Part shown: one piece after another, positions 33,590 through 42,510 of the stretch
Layout: the number at the start of each line of letters is the position of its first letter
Position numbering within the stretch: the first letter of the stretch is position 1
Source of the DNA: Rhabdothermincola salaria
GTDB lineage: Bacteria; Actinomycetota; Acidimicrobiia; Acidimicrobiales; Acidimicrobilacustridaceae
Assembly (NCBI RefSeq): GCF_021246445.1
Contig: NZ_JAJQXW010000005.1
Location: forward strand, 62,001 to 126,000
Direction: 5' to 3'
DNA length: 64,000 nt
Notes under the pieces: model-generated
Seen by the model: only the letters and a program-made list of their open reading frames with translations
Databases searched by the model: none
What the model was told of the DNA's origin: nothing
Made by a program: the position numbers and the translations under genes

Positions 33590-35827
33590 TCACACGGGGA
33601 GGTGGACGTCGCGACGGTGACGACGGCGGACCTCCAGCCCGCCGGGGCCGGTGAGCACCACGTCGAGGACGAGGGACCGGGCGTCGTCGGGCACGTCGAG
33701 GCGGATCTCGCCGACCCGGGTGACGGTGTCGGCATCGACGTCGCCTTCCCAGCCCTGGCGCACGACGTCGGTGCCACCGGACCCCTCCCACGTGGCGGTG
33801 GTGCCGACCCGGAGCTCGGCCATCGGTCGGCGGTGGTCGTTGACCACGTGCACCTCGAGGCGGTGCCGTTGGCCCGGGGCGAGCGCCTCCGGCGGGCGGT
33901 CGACGACTGCGACGAGCGGTCGACAGGCCTCGACGAAGGCATCCCAGGCCGGCTTGGGCCGGCGGTGGTGGTCGAGGAGGGCGGCGGTGATGCCGGGGCC
34001 GGGGTCGGCCAGGGCGAAGGCGGCGAACCCACCGGTGGGGCGGTACTTCAGGCGTCGGAGCGCTTCGACGTGGGAGCGCACCAGCTCGGCCTGGTGGGCC
34101 CGAAGGGCCTCGGCCCACGCCTCGGACGTGGCGTGGCGCTCCGGTGGGGCCGCCGCCCGCGCCGGGCGGGGTTCGAGGCCGGATTCGGTGGCCAGGGCCG
34201 GCCAGTCGAGGTCGGGCCAGGGGCCGGCGGTGGCGAGGTGGGCGTCGTCGGGCGCCGGGGCCTGGGCGCCGAACTCGGCCACGAAGCGGCCCAGGCGGGG
34301 CCACCAGCGCAGTAGGCGGGGCAGGTCGTCGATGCCACCCCACCGCCAGCCGGCCCACAGGTGGGTGGAGGTCCCGGACAGCTGGGGCGGGTGGGGCCAC
34401 ACCCCGGAGTGGGCCACGACCGGTCGGCTGCCGTCGCTCTCGCGCAGCACGAGCGCCACGGACCGGTCGAGGACGGTGCGGTTCCAGGAGGGGAGGGCGT
34501 GGGCGGCGACGGTGCGGAGTCGCCGGCGCCGGGTGGCTCGGGGCCCCTCCGTCCGGGTCGTGGCGGGATCGCCCACCCAGGGCTCGTGGTGGGCGCACCA
34601 CACCGCGATCGACGGGTGGTGGGCGAGCAGGTCGACGGCGGCGCGGGCCAGGCGTCGGGCCGGGGCCTTGGCCGAGCGCTGCAGCCCCCACTGCAGGGGG
34701 AGGTCCTGCCACAGCAGGATCCCGGCGGCGTCGGCGGCGGCGTAGAGCTCGGGGCGGGCGACGTGGCCGTGCACCCGGAGCAGGTCGAGGCCGGCGTCGA
34801 CGGCCCGGTCGATGTCGGCGGCCACCTCCTCGGCGGTCGCCTCGGCCGGCAGCAGCCGGGTGGGCCCCACGGCGAGGCCCTTGAGGAAGAGGCGCTCGCC
34901 GTTGACCCGGCAGACGAAGTCGTCGAGGGAGACCTGGCGCAGGCCGGTCCTCCAGCTGCGGGCATCGCTCACCCGGTCGTCGAGCACCACCTCGACGGTG
35001 ACGTCGTAGAGGGGTTGGGCGCCGAGGGCTCGGGGCCACCAGAGCTCGGGTCGGGGGACGTCGACGGTCCACTCGACCCGGTTCTCGCCGGTGGCGAGGT
35101 CCTGGTCCCGTTCGACGACGATCGGCGCGTCGATGGTCGCGCCGGGCCCGGCGGTGGCGTCGATGCCGTCCGTGGCGGGGCGGATCGACGTGCGCAGGAC
35201 CACGCGGCGAGGCTCGGCCGTGTCGACGACGACGCGCAGGGCGAGGGTGGCCCTCTCGGCGTCGGCGCGAGGGCAGCGCAGCCGGCTGAAGCGCATCTGC
35301 ACCGGCCCGGTGCGGTGCAGGCGGACGGGTCGCCAGATGCCGCCGGGATCGTGCCCGGCGCCCATGAGCGCCGACCGCCCGAACGCACCGGTGAGGTCTC
35401 GGGTGAGCCCCGCTCCCACCTCCCCGCACGTCACCTCCAGGGCGAGGAGGTGGTCGTCGCGGCGTCGGAGGGTGTCGGTCACCTCGAACGCGTGGGGTTG
35501 CAGGTAGCCGGAGGTGTCGCCCAGGTAGGCGCCGTCGAGCCACACGTCGCTGGCGGCGAACACGCCGTCGAGCACGACGAACGAGCGGTGCTCGTCGTCG
35601 CCCCACGGGGCGGTGGGGGAGTCGGGGGTGCGGAACCGGGTGCGGTACAGGACCGGGCCGGACCGGTCGGCGAAGGCCGGCACCGACCGCCAGTGGCCCG
35701 GGACGGCGACTGCTTCCCACCCCGAGTCGTCGAGCTCGTCGTCGGCGATCCGCCGGCGCAGCTGGTCGTCGTCGGCGGGAGCGGCGCGCCAGGAGCCCGA
35801 GAGGTCGAGATCGGGTCCGGGCGCCAT
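33590..35827 (-). CDS. glycoside hydrolase family 2 (beta-mannosidase-like)
   Basis: LDGVF, GGIWRPV, WWP, RVHGH, WQDLPLQW, HHPSIAVWCAHHEP (acid/base), FVAEFG (nucleophile). Confidence 0.85.
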   Translation of the reverse strand: MAPGPDLDLSGSWRAAPADDDQLRRRIADDELDDSGWEAVAVPGHWRSVPAFADRSGPVLYRTRFRTPDSPTAPWGDDEHRSFVVLDGVFAASDVWLDGAYLGDTSGYLQPHAFEVTDTLRRRDDHLLALEVTCGEVGAGLTRDLTGAFGRSALMGAGHDPGGIWRPVRLHRTGPVQMRFSRLRCPRADAERATLALRVVVDTAEPRRVVLRTSIRPATDGIDATAGPGATIDAPIVVERDQDLATGENRVEWTVDVPRPELWWPRALGAQPLYDVTVEVVLDDRVSDARSWRTGLRQVSLDDFVCRVNGERLFLKGLAVGPTRLLPAEATAEEVAADIDRAVDAGLDLLRVHGHVARPELYAAADAAGILLWQDLPLQWGLQRSAKAPARRLARAAVDLLAHHPSIAVWCAHHEPWVGDPATTRTEGPRATRRRRLRTVAAHALPSWNRTVLDRSVALVLRESDGSRPVVAHSGVWPHPPQLSGTSTHLWAGWRWGGIDDLPRLLRWWPRLGRFVAEFGAQAPAPDDAHLATAGPWPDLDWPALATESGLEPRPARAAAPPERHATSEAWAEALRAHQAELVRSHVEALRRLKYRPTGGFAAFALADPGPGITAALLDHHRRPKPAWDAFVEACRPLVAVVDRPPEALAPGQRHRLEVHVVNDHRRPMAELRVGTTATWEGSGGTDVVRQGWEGDVDADTVTRVGEIRLDVPDDARSLVLDVVLTGPGGLEVRRRHRRDVHLPV

Positions 35828-35935
35828 GGCGGGCGACGGTACCCGCGCCGGACCCGCCGGAGCCCCGGAGCACAGCGGTAGCGTGACCGGCAGTGCGAAA
35901 CCCGGGCCGTCCGGCCGGGGAGGGGAGGAGCCACC

Positions 35936-37348
35936 ATGTCCGACTCGATCGACCGCCCCACCACGCTCGGTGCGCTGCGGGCCTCGGGCTGGGTGAGCCG
36001 TCCGGTCAAGGACGAGGTCCGGGTCAACGCCATCGAGCGCATCAAGGCCGGGGAGGCCCTCTTCCCAGGGGTGCTCGGCTACGAGGACACGGTCCTGCCC
36101 CAGCTCGAGAACGCCTTGCTGGCCGGGCACGACGTGATCTTCCTCGGCGAGCGGGGGCAGGCCAAGACCCGCATGATCCGCTCGCTCACCGGCCTGCTCG
36201 ACGAGTGGATGCCCATCGTCGCCGGGTCCGAGATCAACGACGACCCGTACGCCCCGGTGTCACGGCACGCCCGCGACCTGCTGGCCGAGCTGGGCGAGGA
36301 CACCCCGATCGAGTGGGTGCACCGTGACGACCGCTTCGGCGAGAAGCTGGCGACCCCGGACACGTCCATCGCCGACCTCATCGGCGAGGTCGACCCCATC
36401 AAGGTGGCCGAGGGCCGGTACCTCTCCGACGAGCTCACCCTCCACTACGGCCTGGTGCCGCGCACCAACCGGGGCATCTTCGCCATCAACGAGCTGCCCG
36501 ACCTCGCCGAGCGCATCCAGGTCGGCCTGCTCAACGTGCTCGAGGAGCGCGACGTGCAGGTGCGGGGCTACAAGGTGCGCCTCCCGGTCGACGTGATGCT
36601 CTTCGCGTCGGCGAACCCGGAGGACTACACCAACCGCGGGCGCATCATCACGCCCCTGAAGGACCGCTTCGGCGCCCAGATCCGCACCCACTACCCGCTC
36701 GACGTGCCCACCGAGGTCACCATCGCCCGCCAGGAGGTGCGCCCCCTCGAGGCTCCCGGGGTCGACGTGACCATCCCCGAGTACATGGCCGAGACGGTCG
36801 CCGAGCTGTCGCAGATGGCCCGGCAGAGCCCGCACGTGAACCAGCGCTCGGGCGTGTCGGTGCGCCTCACCGTGGCCAACATGGAGACGTTGGTCGCCAA
36901 CGCGGCCCGCCGCACCCTGGTCCACGGCGAGACCCAGGTGGTGCCCCGCGTGTCGGACCTCGAGGCCTTGGCGTCGTCCACCGCCGGCAAGCTCGAGATC
37001 GAGACCATCGAGGAGGGCCGCGACGAACAGGTCGTCGAGCACCTCCTGAAGGCCGCGGTGCTGTCGGTCTTCCGTGACCACGTGGCCATCGAGCAGCTCC
37101 GCTCGATCGTCGACGCCTTCGACGACGACCGCATCGTGCAGGCCGGCGAGGACGTGCTGGCGGCCGACTACGTCGACCTGCTCGACGACATCCCGGCGTT
37201 GCGCGAGCCGGTGCTGTCCCTGACGGGTGGCGACGACAGCCCGGCCGTGGTGGCCAGCGCCGTCGAGTTCCTGCTCGAGGGGCTCCACCTGTCCAAGCGC
37301 CTCAACAAGGACGCCGTCGGCGCCCGCGCCCAGTACCGCGCCCGGTAG
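35936..37348 (+). CDS. AAA+ ATPase, Mg-chelatase/MoxR-related
   Basis: GERGQAKT, FAINELPDL, ASANPEDYTNRG, LKDRFG. Confidence 0.88.
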   Translation: MSDSIDRPTTLGALRASGWVSRPVKDEVRVNAIERIKAGEALFPGVLGYEDTVLPQLENALLAGHDVIFLGERGQAKTRMIRSLTGLLDEWMPIVAGSEINDDPYAPVSRHARDLLAELGEDTPIEWVHRDDRFGEKLATPDTSIADLIGEVDPIKVAEGRYLSDELTLHYGLVPRTNRGIFAINELPDLAERIQVGLLNVLEERDVQVRGYKVRLPVDVMLFASANPEDYTNRGRIITPLKDRFGAQIRTHYPLDVPTEVTIARQEVRPLEAPGVDVTIPEYMAETVAELSQMARQSPHVNQRSGVSVRLTVANMETLVANAARRTLVHGETQVVPRVSDLEALASSTAGKLEIETIEEGRDEQVVEHLLKAAVLSVFRDHVAIEQLRSIVDAFDDDRIVQAGEDVLAADYVDLLDDIPALREPVLSLTGGDDSPAVVASAVEFLLEGLHLSKRLNKDAVGARAQYRAR

Positions 37349-37370
37349 CCATCTCTTCCCGACTCCTCGC

Positions 37371-37589
37371 GGGGCTCGGCGGGTCCTGCCCCGCGCCGGA
37401 ACCCTCCGTGCTCAGTCGCTCCAAGCGGCAGCTGCCGCGACACCACGTCGGTCGACGAGCTCGTCGTCGATCACGGGCGGCGGCCGCCGAGCCGCCGTCG
37501 CTCCTGTGCGCGCGGAGGAACCACGGTGCGGGTCACCCGCCGAGCCCCACTCGTCGTCGGGCTCGGCGGGTCCTGCCCCGCGCCGGAAC
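37371..37589. repeat. long nested palindromic intergenic element with partial direct repeat
   Basis: 14-bp inverted repeat 37371-37384 / 37535-37548; 31-bp exact direct repeat 37372-37402 / 37559-37589. Confidence 0.75.
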
Positions 37590-37682
37590 TCACTCGGACC
37601 CCGACCTGCTGGTGGGAGGGCACTGGTGACAGGCGCAGGAGCGCCAGCGACGGAGCCTCAGATCGGTCCTGCGTTTCGGCGA

Positions 37683-37764
37683 AGCCGGCGAGGGGAGGCT
37701 TGCCGACCCGAGCTGAGTGTCACAGCCGGCGGAGGGAGGCTTGCCGACCGGAGCAAGATGTCAC
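37683..37764. repeat. 41-bp tandem duplication including the rpiA stop codon
   Basis: agccggcg..gggaggcttgccgacc.gagc....tgtcac x2. Confidence 0.8.
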
Positions 37765-38432
37765 TGGTTGATGAGCTCGCGGGTGGCGTCGGTGCCGGCC
37801 ACCACGACGCGCTCGACCATGGCGCCGGGGAAGATGCCGTGCTCGACGAGCCCGGGGACGGCCGAGAGCTGCGCGGCCAGGGTCACGGGGTCGCCGATCG
37901 GGCCGAAGTGGGCGTCCATGATCAGGTTGCCGTTGTCGCTGCGCCGGTCACGGGTGGTGACCTCGGCGGCGCCCAGGGCCATCACGGCGGCGGCCACCAC
38001 GCCGGGGGCGAAGTCGAGCACCTCCAGGGGGATGCCGAACGGGCCGAGCTCGGGCACCAGCTTGGACTCGTCGACCACCACGATGAAGCGGTCGGCCATG
38101 GCGGCCACGATCTTCTCGCGCGTGTGGGCGGCACCGCCGCCCTTGGTGAGGTCGAACCCCGGGGCCACCTCGTCGGCGCCGTCGATGGCGATGTCGAGTC
38201 GGCCGATCTCGTCGGGTGTCACCACCGTCATGCCGAGCGAGGTGGCCAGGTCGTGGGTCTGCACCGACGTCGCCGTGCACACGATGTCGAGGGCTCGTTC
38301 GCCCAGCTCGACGATGGTCCAGTGCACGGTGGAACCGGTGCCCAGCCCCACCCGCATCCCGGGTTCGACGTAGCCGGCGGCGTGGCGGCCGGCGGCCTCC
38401 TTGGCCACATCCTGGGCGGAGCGTTCGTTCAT
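37761..38432 (-). CDS. rpiA: ribose-5-phosphate isomerase A
   Basis: GLGTGST, IDGADEV, KGGGAAHTREK, VDESK, DNGN. Confidence 0.95.
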   Translation of the reverse strand: MNERSAQDVAKEAAGRHAAGYVEPGMRVGLGTGSTVHWTIVELGERALDIVCTATSVQTHDLATSLGMTVVTPDEIGRLDIAIDGADEVAPGFDLTKGGGAAHTREKIVAAMADRFIVVVDESKLVPELGPFGIPLEVLDFAPGVVAAAVMALGAAEVTTRDRRSDNGNLIMDAHFGPIGDPVTLAAQLSAVPGLVEHGIFPGAMVERVVVAGTDATRELINQ

Positions 38433-38445
38433 CCCCCGAGCATCC

Positions 38446-38511
38446 CACCATCCGGCGTCGCGCATTCCACCATCCGGTGCCGCGCGTCTCACCATCCGGC
38501 GCCGCCCTGCG
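38446..38511. repeat. 22-bp imperfect tandem repeat x3
   Basis: caccatccgg-cgtcgcgcattc / -tgccgcgcgtct / -cgccgccctgcg. Confidence 0.8.
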
Positions 38512-38537
38512 CCCAAAGGGTCCCGGCCCCTCCCTTG

Positions 38538-38675
38538 CGTTCGTGCATGCGTTCGGCGCGCCATGGAGCGTCGTTCCCATGCAGGAAGGAGCGTTCTCGG
38601 GTGCCTTTCATGGAACGCTCTCGGGTTCTTGCATGAATGCGGCGCTCCCTGCGACGTCGTTCCCATGCAGGAACG
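38538..38675. repeat. REP-like palindromic element, copies 2 and 3 with hairpin linker
   Basis: Two GTTC.TGCATG...CGTCGTTCCCATGCAGGAA units separated by GAGCGTTC-N16-GAACGCTC. Confidence 0.8.
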
Positions 38676-38720
38676 GGGAGGGAGCGTCACGGGGAGGGAG
38701 CGTCACGGGGAGGGAGCGTC
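38673..38720. repeat. 16-bp exact tandem repeat x3
   Basis: acggggagggagcgtc x3, abutting the GH1 stop codon. Confidence 0.9.
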
Positions 38721-40002
38721 AGGCGGGAGGGCGCCGGCCGGCGGCGGTGGCCAGGACAGCAGCGCTGAGGCGGGGGTGGCGGGCGCGGTCGACGAGGCCG
38801 TCGGGGACGTCGAGGCCGGTGATCGGGTTCCACCCGTCGATGCCCGTCTCCCAGAGGGCCAGGCCCAGGGGCAGGCCGTCGGCTCGAGCCCCTCGGACCT
38901 CGGCGACGGTGCCGGCCGCCACCTCGGTACGCCAGTCGTCCTCGCTGGCCACCAGGCCGGTGCCGAGGAGGGCGAGCGGGCGGCCCGGGTGCTGCTCGGC
39001 CAGGCGGCGCACGGCCACGCCGAGCTCCTCGGGCCACGGAGCGGTCCCGTCGGCCGCGACGGGGGCGTCGGCGGGGTAGGGGCCGGTCGTGCCGTCGGCG
39101 AACACGGTCCGGGCTCCCCGGAAGGTGAACCCGATCACGTCGTAGGCGCCGGCCAGGCCGGCGACCTCGAACTCCCCGCGTCCGGGCGTGGCCAGCAGCC
39201 CTTCGGTGAGGGCGCGGGCCCACATCCCTGACCGGAGGCGGTCGATCTCGCCGGCCCGAGCCACCGCGGCGGCGCGCTCCTCGGGGTGCCGCGACCGTCG
39301 GTCGGGGTGGAGGGGCGCCACGTCGATGCACGTCGCGACGGGAGGCTCGCCGCTGCGCAGGAGGCGCCAGGCCTCGTGGCTCACGAGGTGGAGGTCGCGC
39401 AGGGTGTCGACGAAGGCCTCGGGGTCCCGCCCGCCGGGCGGGCGGGTGCCGTGGAGGTGGCCCTCGGCGGCTCGCGTGTAGGGATCGAGCACGGGCACCC
39501 AGCCGGCCACCAGGTCGCCGAACGCCTCGGCCACGCGGTCGACGTGGCGGGGCCAGGTGCGACGACGCCCCTCGTCGGACCCGAAGCCGCCCTCGTCCTC
39601 GCTGAACCAGCCGGGGAGGGGCCCCTCGTGCAGCACCGCCCACACGTCGACGCCGACGCGGCGGGCGGCCTGCAGCACCTCGGTGACCATGTCGGCGGCG
39701 TCGGTGTCCCAGCGGCCGGGCCACGGTTCGAGGCGGGCCCAGTCGAGGCCCCAGCGCAGCGTGGTGAGGCCCAGCTCGGCCAGCAGCTCGAGATCGGTGG
39801 CGAAGTCCACGCCGAACCCGCTGCCGTCGCGGGAACGGGGGAGACGTCCGTCGGCCTCCCAGCGGGACCAGTCGCTGCGGGGAGAGAGCCCGAGGGTCCC
39901 GGACGAGGTGGCGGCGGTGCCCCAGCGGATCGGCGCACCGGCGGCGCGGGTCTCGCCGGTGTCGTCGGGCTGGTGGGGGGAAGGATCGGTCCGGGGGGTC
40001 AC
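38719..40002 (-). CDS. glycoside hydrolase family 1-fold protein, catalytic motifs degenerate
   Basis: WGTA, D..LLAELGL...R....WARLEP, LPGW; NEP position reads LDP and TENG position reads LGTG. Confidence 0.75.
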   Translation of the reverse strand: MTPRTDPSPHQPDDTGETRAAGAPIRWGTAATSSGTLGLSPRSDWSRWEADGRLPRSRDGSGFGVDFATDLELLAELGLTTLRWGLDWARLEPWPGRWDTDAADMVTEVLQAARRVGVDVWAVLHEGPLPGWFSEDEGGFGSDEGRRRTWPRHVDRVAEAFGDLVAGWVPVLDPYTRAAEGHLHGTRPPGGRDPEAFVDTLRDLHLVSHEAWRLLRSGEPPVATCIDVAPLHPDRRSRHPEERAAAVARAGEIDRLRSGMWARALTEGLLATPGRGEFEVAGLAGAYDVIGFTFRGARTVFADGTTGPYPADAPVAADGTAPWPEELGVAVRRLAEQHPGRPLALLGTGLVASEDDWRTEVAAGTVAEVRGARADGLPLGLALWETGIDGWNPITGLDVPDGLVDRARHPRLSAAVLATAAGRRPPA

Positions 40003-40031
40003 TCCGGCAGTATTCCCGGTACGGTGCCGAC

Positions 40032-42047
40032 ATGGGGAAGGCCAACCGGGTCCGCTACTCGCGCTGGGACGGCACACAGGTCGGCTTCGACCTCGATGCC
40101 ACCAGCATCTTCGAGGAGATCACCGATGACCTGCTGTACCACGGCGACCTGAACTCGGCGCTGCGGCGCGCCATGCAGTCCGGCTTCAAGGACCGCAACG
40201 GTGAGCAGGTGAAGGGCCTGCGCGAGATGTTGGAGGAGCTGCGGCGCAAGCGTCGCGAGGCGCTCGAGCAGCACGACCTCGGCGGGGTGTACGACGACAT
40301 CGCCCGCGAGCTGCGTGAGGTCGTGGAGACCGAGCGCGAGGCCATCGACGAGATGGCCAGGGAGGCCCGCGAGTCGGGCGACGAGCGTCGCCAGGAGCTC
40401 ACCGAGCAGGTGGCGGCCGAGCGCCACGCCTCGCTCGACCTGCTCTCCCCGGATCTCGCCGGCATGGTCCGCGACCTCGAGAACCACGACTTCACCTCCT
40501 CGGAGGCCCGGGAGCAGTTCGAGGAGCTGGTCGAGAAGCTGCGCGAGCAGCTCATGCAGCAGTACGTCGACCAGATGGCCGGGGCGGTCGAGGACATGAG
40601 CCCCGAGGACATGGCCCGGATGAAGGACATGTTCGCCGAGCTGAACCAGATGCTCGAGCAGCGCCAGCGGGGCGAGGAGCCCGACTTCGACGGGTTCATG
40701 GAGCGCTACGGCGACTTCTTCCCGGAGAACCCGCGGGACCTCGACGAGCTGCTCGAGGTGATGGCGCAGCGCATGGCGGCCGCCCAGGCGATGCTCAACT
40801 CCATGACGCCCGAGCAGCGGGCCCAGCTCCAGGCGCTGTCCGACCAGCTGCTCGAGGACATGGATCTGCGCTGGCAGATCGACCAGCTCGGCCAGAACCT
40901 GCAGGGCATGTTCCCCGACCTCGGCTGGAACCGTCGCTACGACTTCTCGGGTCAGGACCCCCTCGACATGTCCTCGGCCACCCAGATGCTCCAGGAGCTG
41001 GGCGACATCGACCAGCTCGAGAACCTCCTGCGCGGGGCCACCTCACCCGGCGCCCTGGCCGAGGTCGACCTCGACCGGGCCCGCGAGCTTCTCGGCGACG
41101 ACGCCGCCCGCAGCCTCGAGCAGATGGCCGAGCTGGCCCGCCAGCTCGAGGAGGCCGGTCTGATCGAGAACAAGGAGGGTCGGCTCGAGCTCACGCCCCG
41201 CGGCATCCGCCGGATCGGGCAGAACGCCCTCGACGACCTCTTCGCCAAGTTGGCCCACGACAAGATGGGCCAGCACCAGATCACCCGTCTGGGGGTGGGG
41301 CACGAGCGGGATTTCTCCACCAAGCCCTACGAGTTCGGCGACGCCTTCAACCTCGACATCGGGGCCACGGTGCGCAACGCCATCCGCCGCGGCGGCACCG
41401 GCACCCCGGTGCGGTTGACGCCCGACGACTTCGAGGTCGAGCGCACCGAGCAGCTGGTGCGCTCGAGCACGGTGCTCATGTTGGACCTCTCGCTCTCGAT
41501 GCCGATGCGCGACAACTTCCTGCCGGCCAAGAAGGTGGCCATGGCCCTGCACTCGCTCATCACGTCGCAGTTCCCTCGCGACTACATGGGCATCGTCGGC
41601 TTCAGCGAGGTGGCGCGCGAGCTCAAGGCCGAGCAGCTGCCCGAGGTGTCGTGGGACTTCGTCTACGGCACCAACATGCAGCACGCCTTCCAGATCAGCC
41701 GGCGTCTGCTGTCGCGCCAGACCGGCACCAAGCAGATCATCATGATCACCGATGGTGAGCCGACCGCCCACATCAGCGGTTCGGGCGAGGTGTACTTCAA
41801 CTACCCGCCCGTGCGCGAGACGGTCGACGCCACGTTGCGCGAGGTCGTGCGCTGCACCAAGGACGGCATCCGCATCAACACGTTCATGCTCGACCCCACG
41901 CCCCACCTCCAGGACTTCATCTCCAAGATCAGTGAGCTGAACAAGGGTCGGGCCTTCTTCACCACCCCCGAGACGCTCGGCGACTACGTGCTGGTGGACT
42001 TCATCGAACAGAAGCGCCAGCTCCTGCGCGGACGCCGCGCCGGCTGA
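40032..42047 (+). CDS. VWA domain-containing protein (AAA+ partner)
   Basis: RYSRWDGTQ N-terminus, long helical region, MIDAS DLSLS...TN...ITDGEP. Confidence 0.88.
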   Translation: MGKANRVRYSRWDGTQVGFDLDATSIFEEITDDLLYHGDLNSALRRAMQSGFKDRNGEQVKGLREMLEELRRKRREALEQHDLGGVYDDIARELREVVETEREAIDEMAREARESGDERRQELTEQVAAERHASLDLLSPDLAGMVRDLENHDFTSSEAREQFEELVEKLREQLMQQYVDQMAGAVEDMSPEDMARMKDMFAELNQMLEQRQRGEEPDFDGFMERYGDFFPENPRDLDELLEVMAQRMAAAQAMLNSMTPEQRAQLQALSDQLLEDMDLRWQIDQLGQNLQGMFPDLGWNRRYDFSGQDPLDMSSATQMLQELGDIDQLENLLRGATSPGALAEVDLDRARELLGDDAARSLEQMAELARQLEEAGLIENKEGRLELTPRGIRRIGQNALDDLFAKLAHDKMGQHQITRLGVGHERDFSTKPYEFGDAFNLDIGATVRNAIRRGGTGTPVRLTPDDFEVERTEQLVRSSTVLMLDLSLSMPMRDNFLPAKKVAMALHSLITSQFPRDYMGIVGFSEVARELKAEQLPEVSWDFVYGTNMQHAFQISRRLLSRQTGTKQIIMITDGEPTAHISGSGEVYFNYPPVRETVDATLREVVRCTKDGIRINTFMLDPTPHLQDFISKISELNKGRAFFTTPETLGDYVLVDFIEQKRQLLRGRRAG

Positions 42048-42101
42048 CGAACTCGGGTTTTTCCGCTTCCCCCTTGCGCCGACGGCCTGATCGGGTCATG
42101 A

Positions 42102-42128
42102 TCACACCGTTGTAATTACACCTGTGGT
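42102..42128 (+). promoter_or_regulatory. AT-rich palindrome in whiB promoter region
   Basis: TGTAATTACA perfect palindrome (42111-42120) flanked by CACA/TGTG. Confidence 0.5.
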
Positions 42129-42205
42129 AAGAGGGCGTCGGCGGTAGGCGGACGTGCAGCCACAGGTCAGCACGGGGGGTGTGTGGCCCTTCGTGGGGAG
42201 GAACC

Positions 42206-42499
42206 ATGCACGAGCCCACCGCCATCACCGCCACCGAGGAGAAGAGTTGGCAGGACCTCGCCAACTGCCTGGGTGTCGACCCCGACCTGTTCTTCCCCGA
42301 GCGTGGCGCCTCCACCCGTGAGGCCAAAGAGGTCTGCCGCGGCTGCGTCGTGCAGGGCGAGTGCCTCGAGTACGCCCTCGCCAACGGCGAGAAGTTCGGC
42401 ATCTGGGGCGGCATGAGCGAGCGCGAGCGCCGTCGCATCCGCCGTCAGCGGGCCCTGGCCCGCGCCGCCGCCGCCGACGCGGCCTCGGCCACCGCCTGA
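42206..42499 (+). CDS. whiB: WhiB family Fe-S transcriptional regulator (WhiB/WhiB2-like)
   Basis: Four Cys, DPDLFFPERGASTREAK, FGIWGGMSERERR; GGAGG RBS. Confidence 0.92.
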   Translation: MHEPTAITATEEKSWQDLANCLGVDPDLFFPERGASTREAKEVCRGCVVQGECLEYALANGEKFGIWGGMSERERRRIRRQRALARAAAADAASATA

Positions 42500-42510
42500 T
42501 CGTCGCCTGA

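Noticed and set aside
35936..37348. AAA+ as a true Mg-chelatase ChlI indicating phototrophy
   Set aside because: No bch/chl or cob genes nearby; motifs fit the actinobacterial AAA+/VWA family instead.
38446..38720. Repeat cluster as a CRISPR array
   Set aside because: Units are contiguous or of mixed type with no unique spacers, and there are no cas genes in the window.
38719..40002. GH1-like gene as a pseudogene
   Set aside because: No frameshift or internal stop and the ORF is full length; treated as a degenerate but intact CDS.
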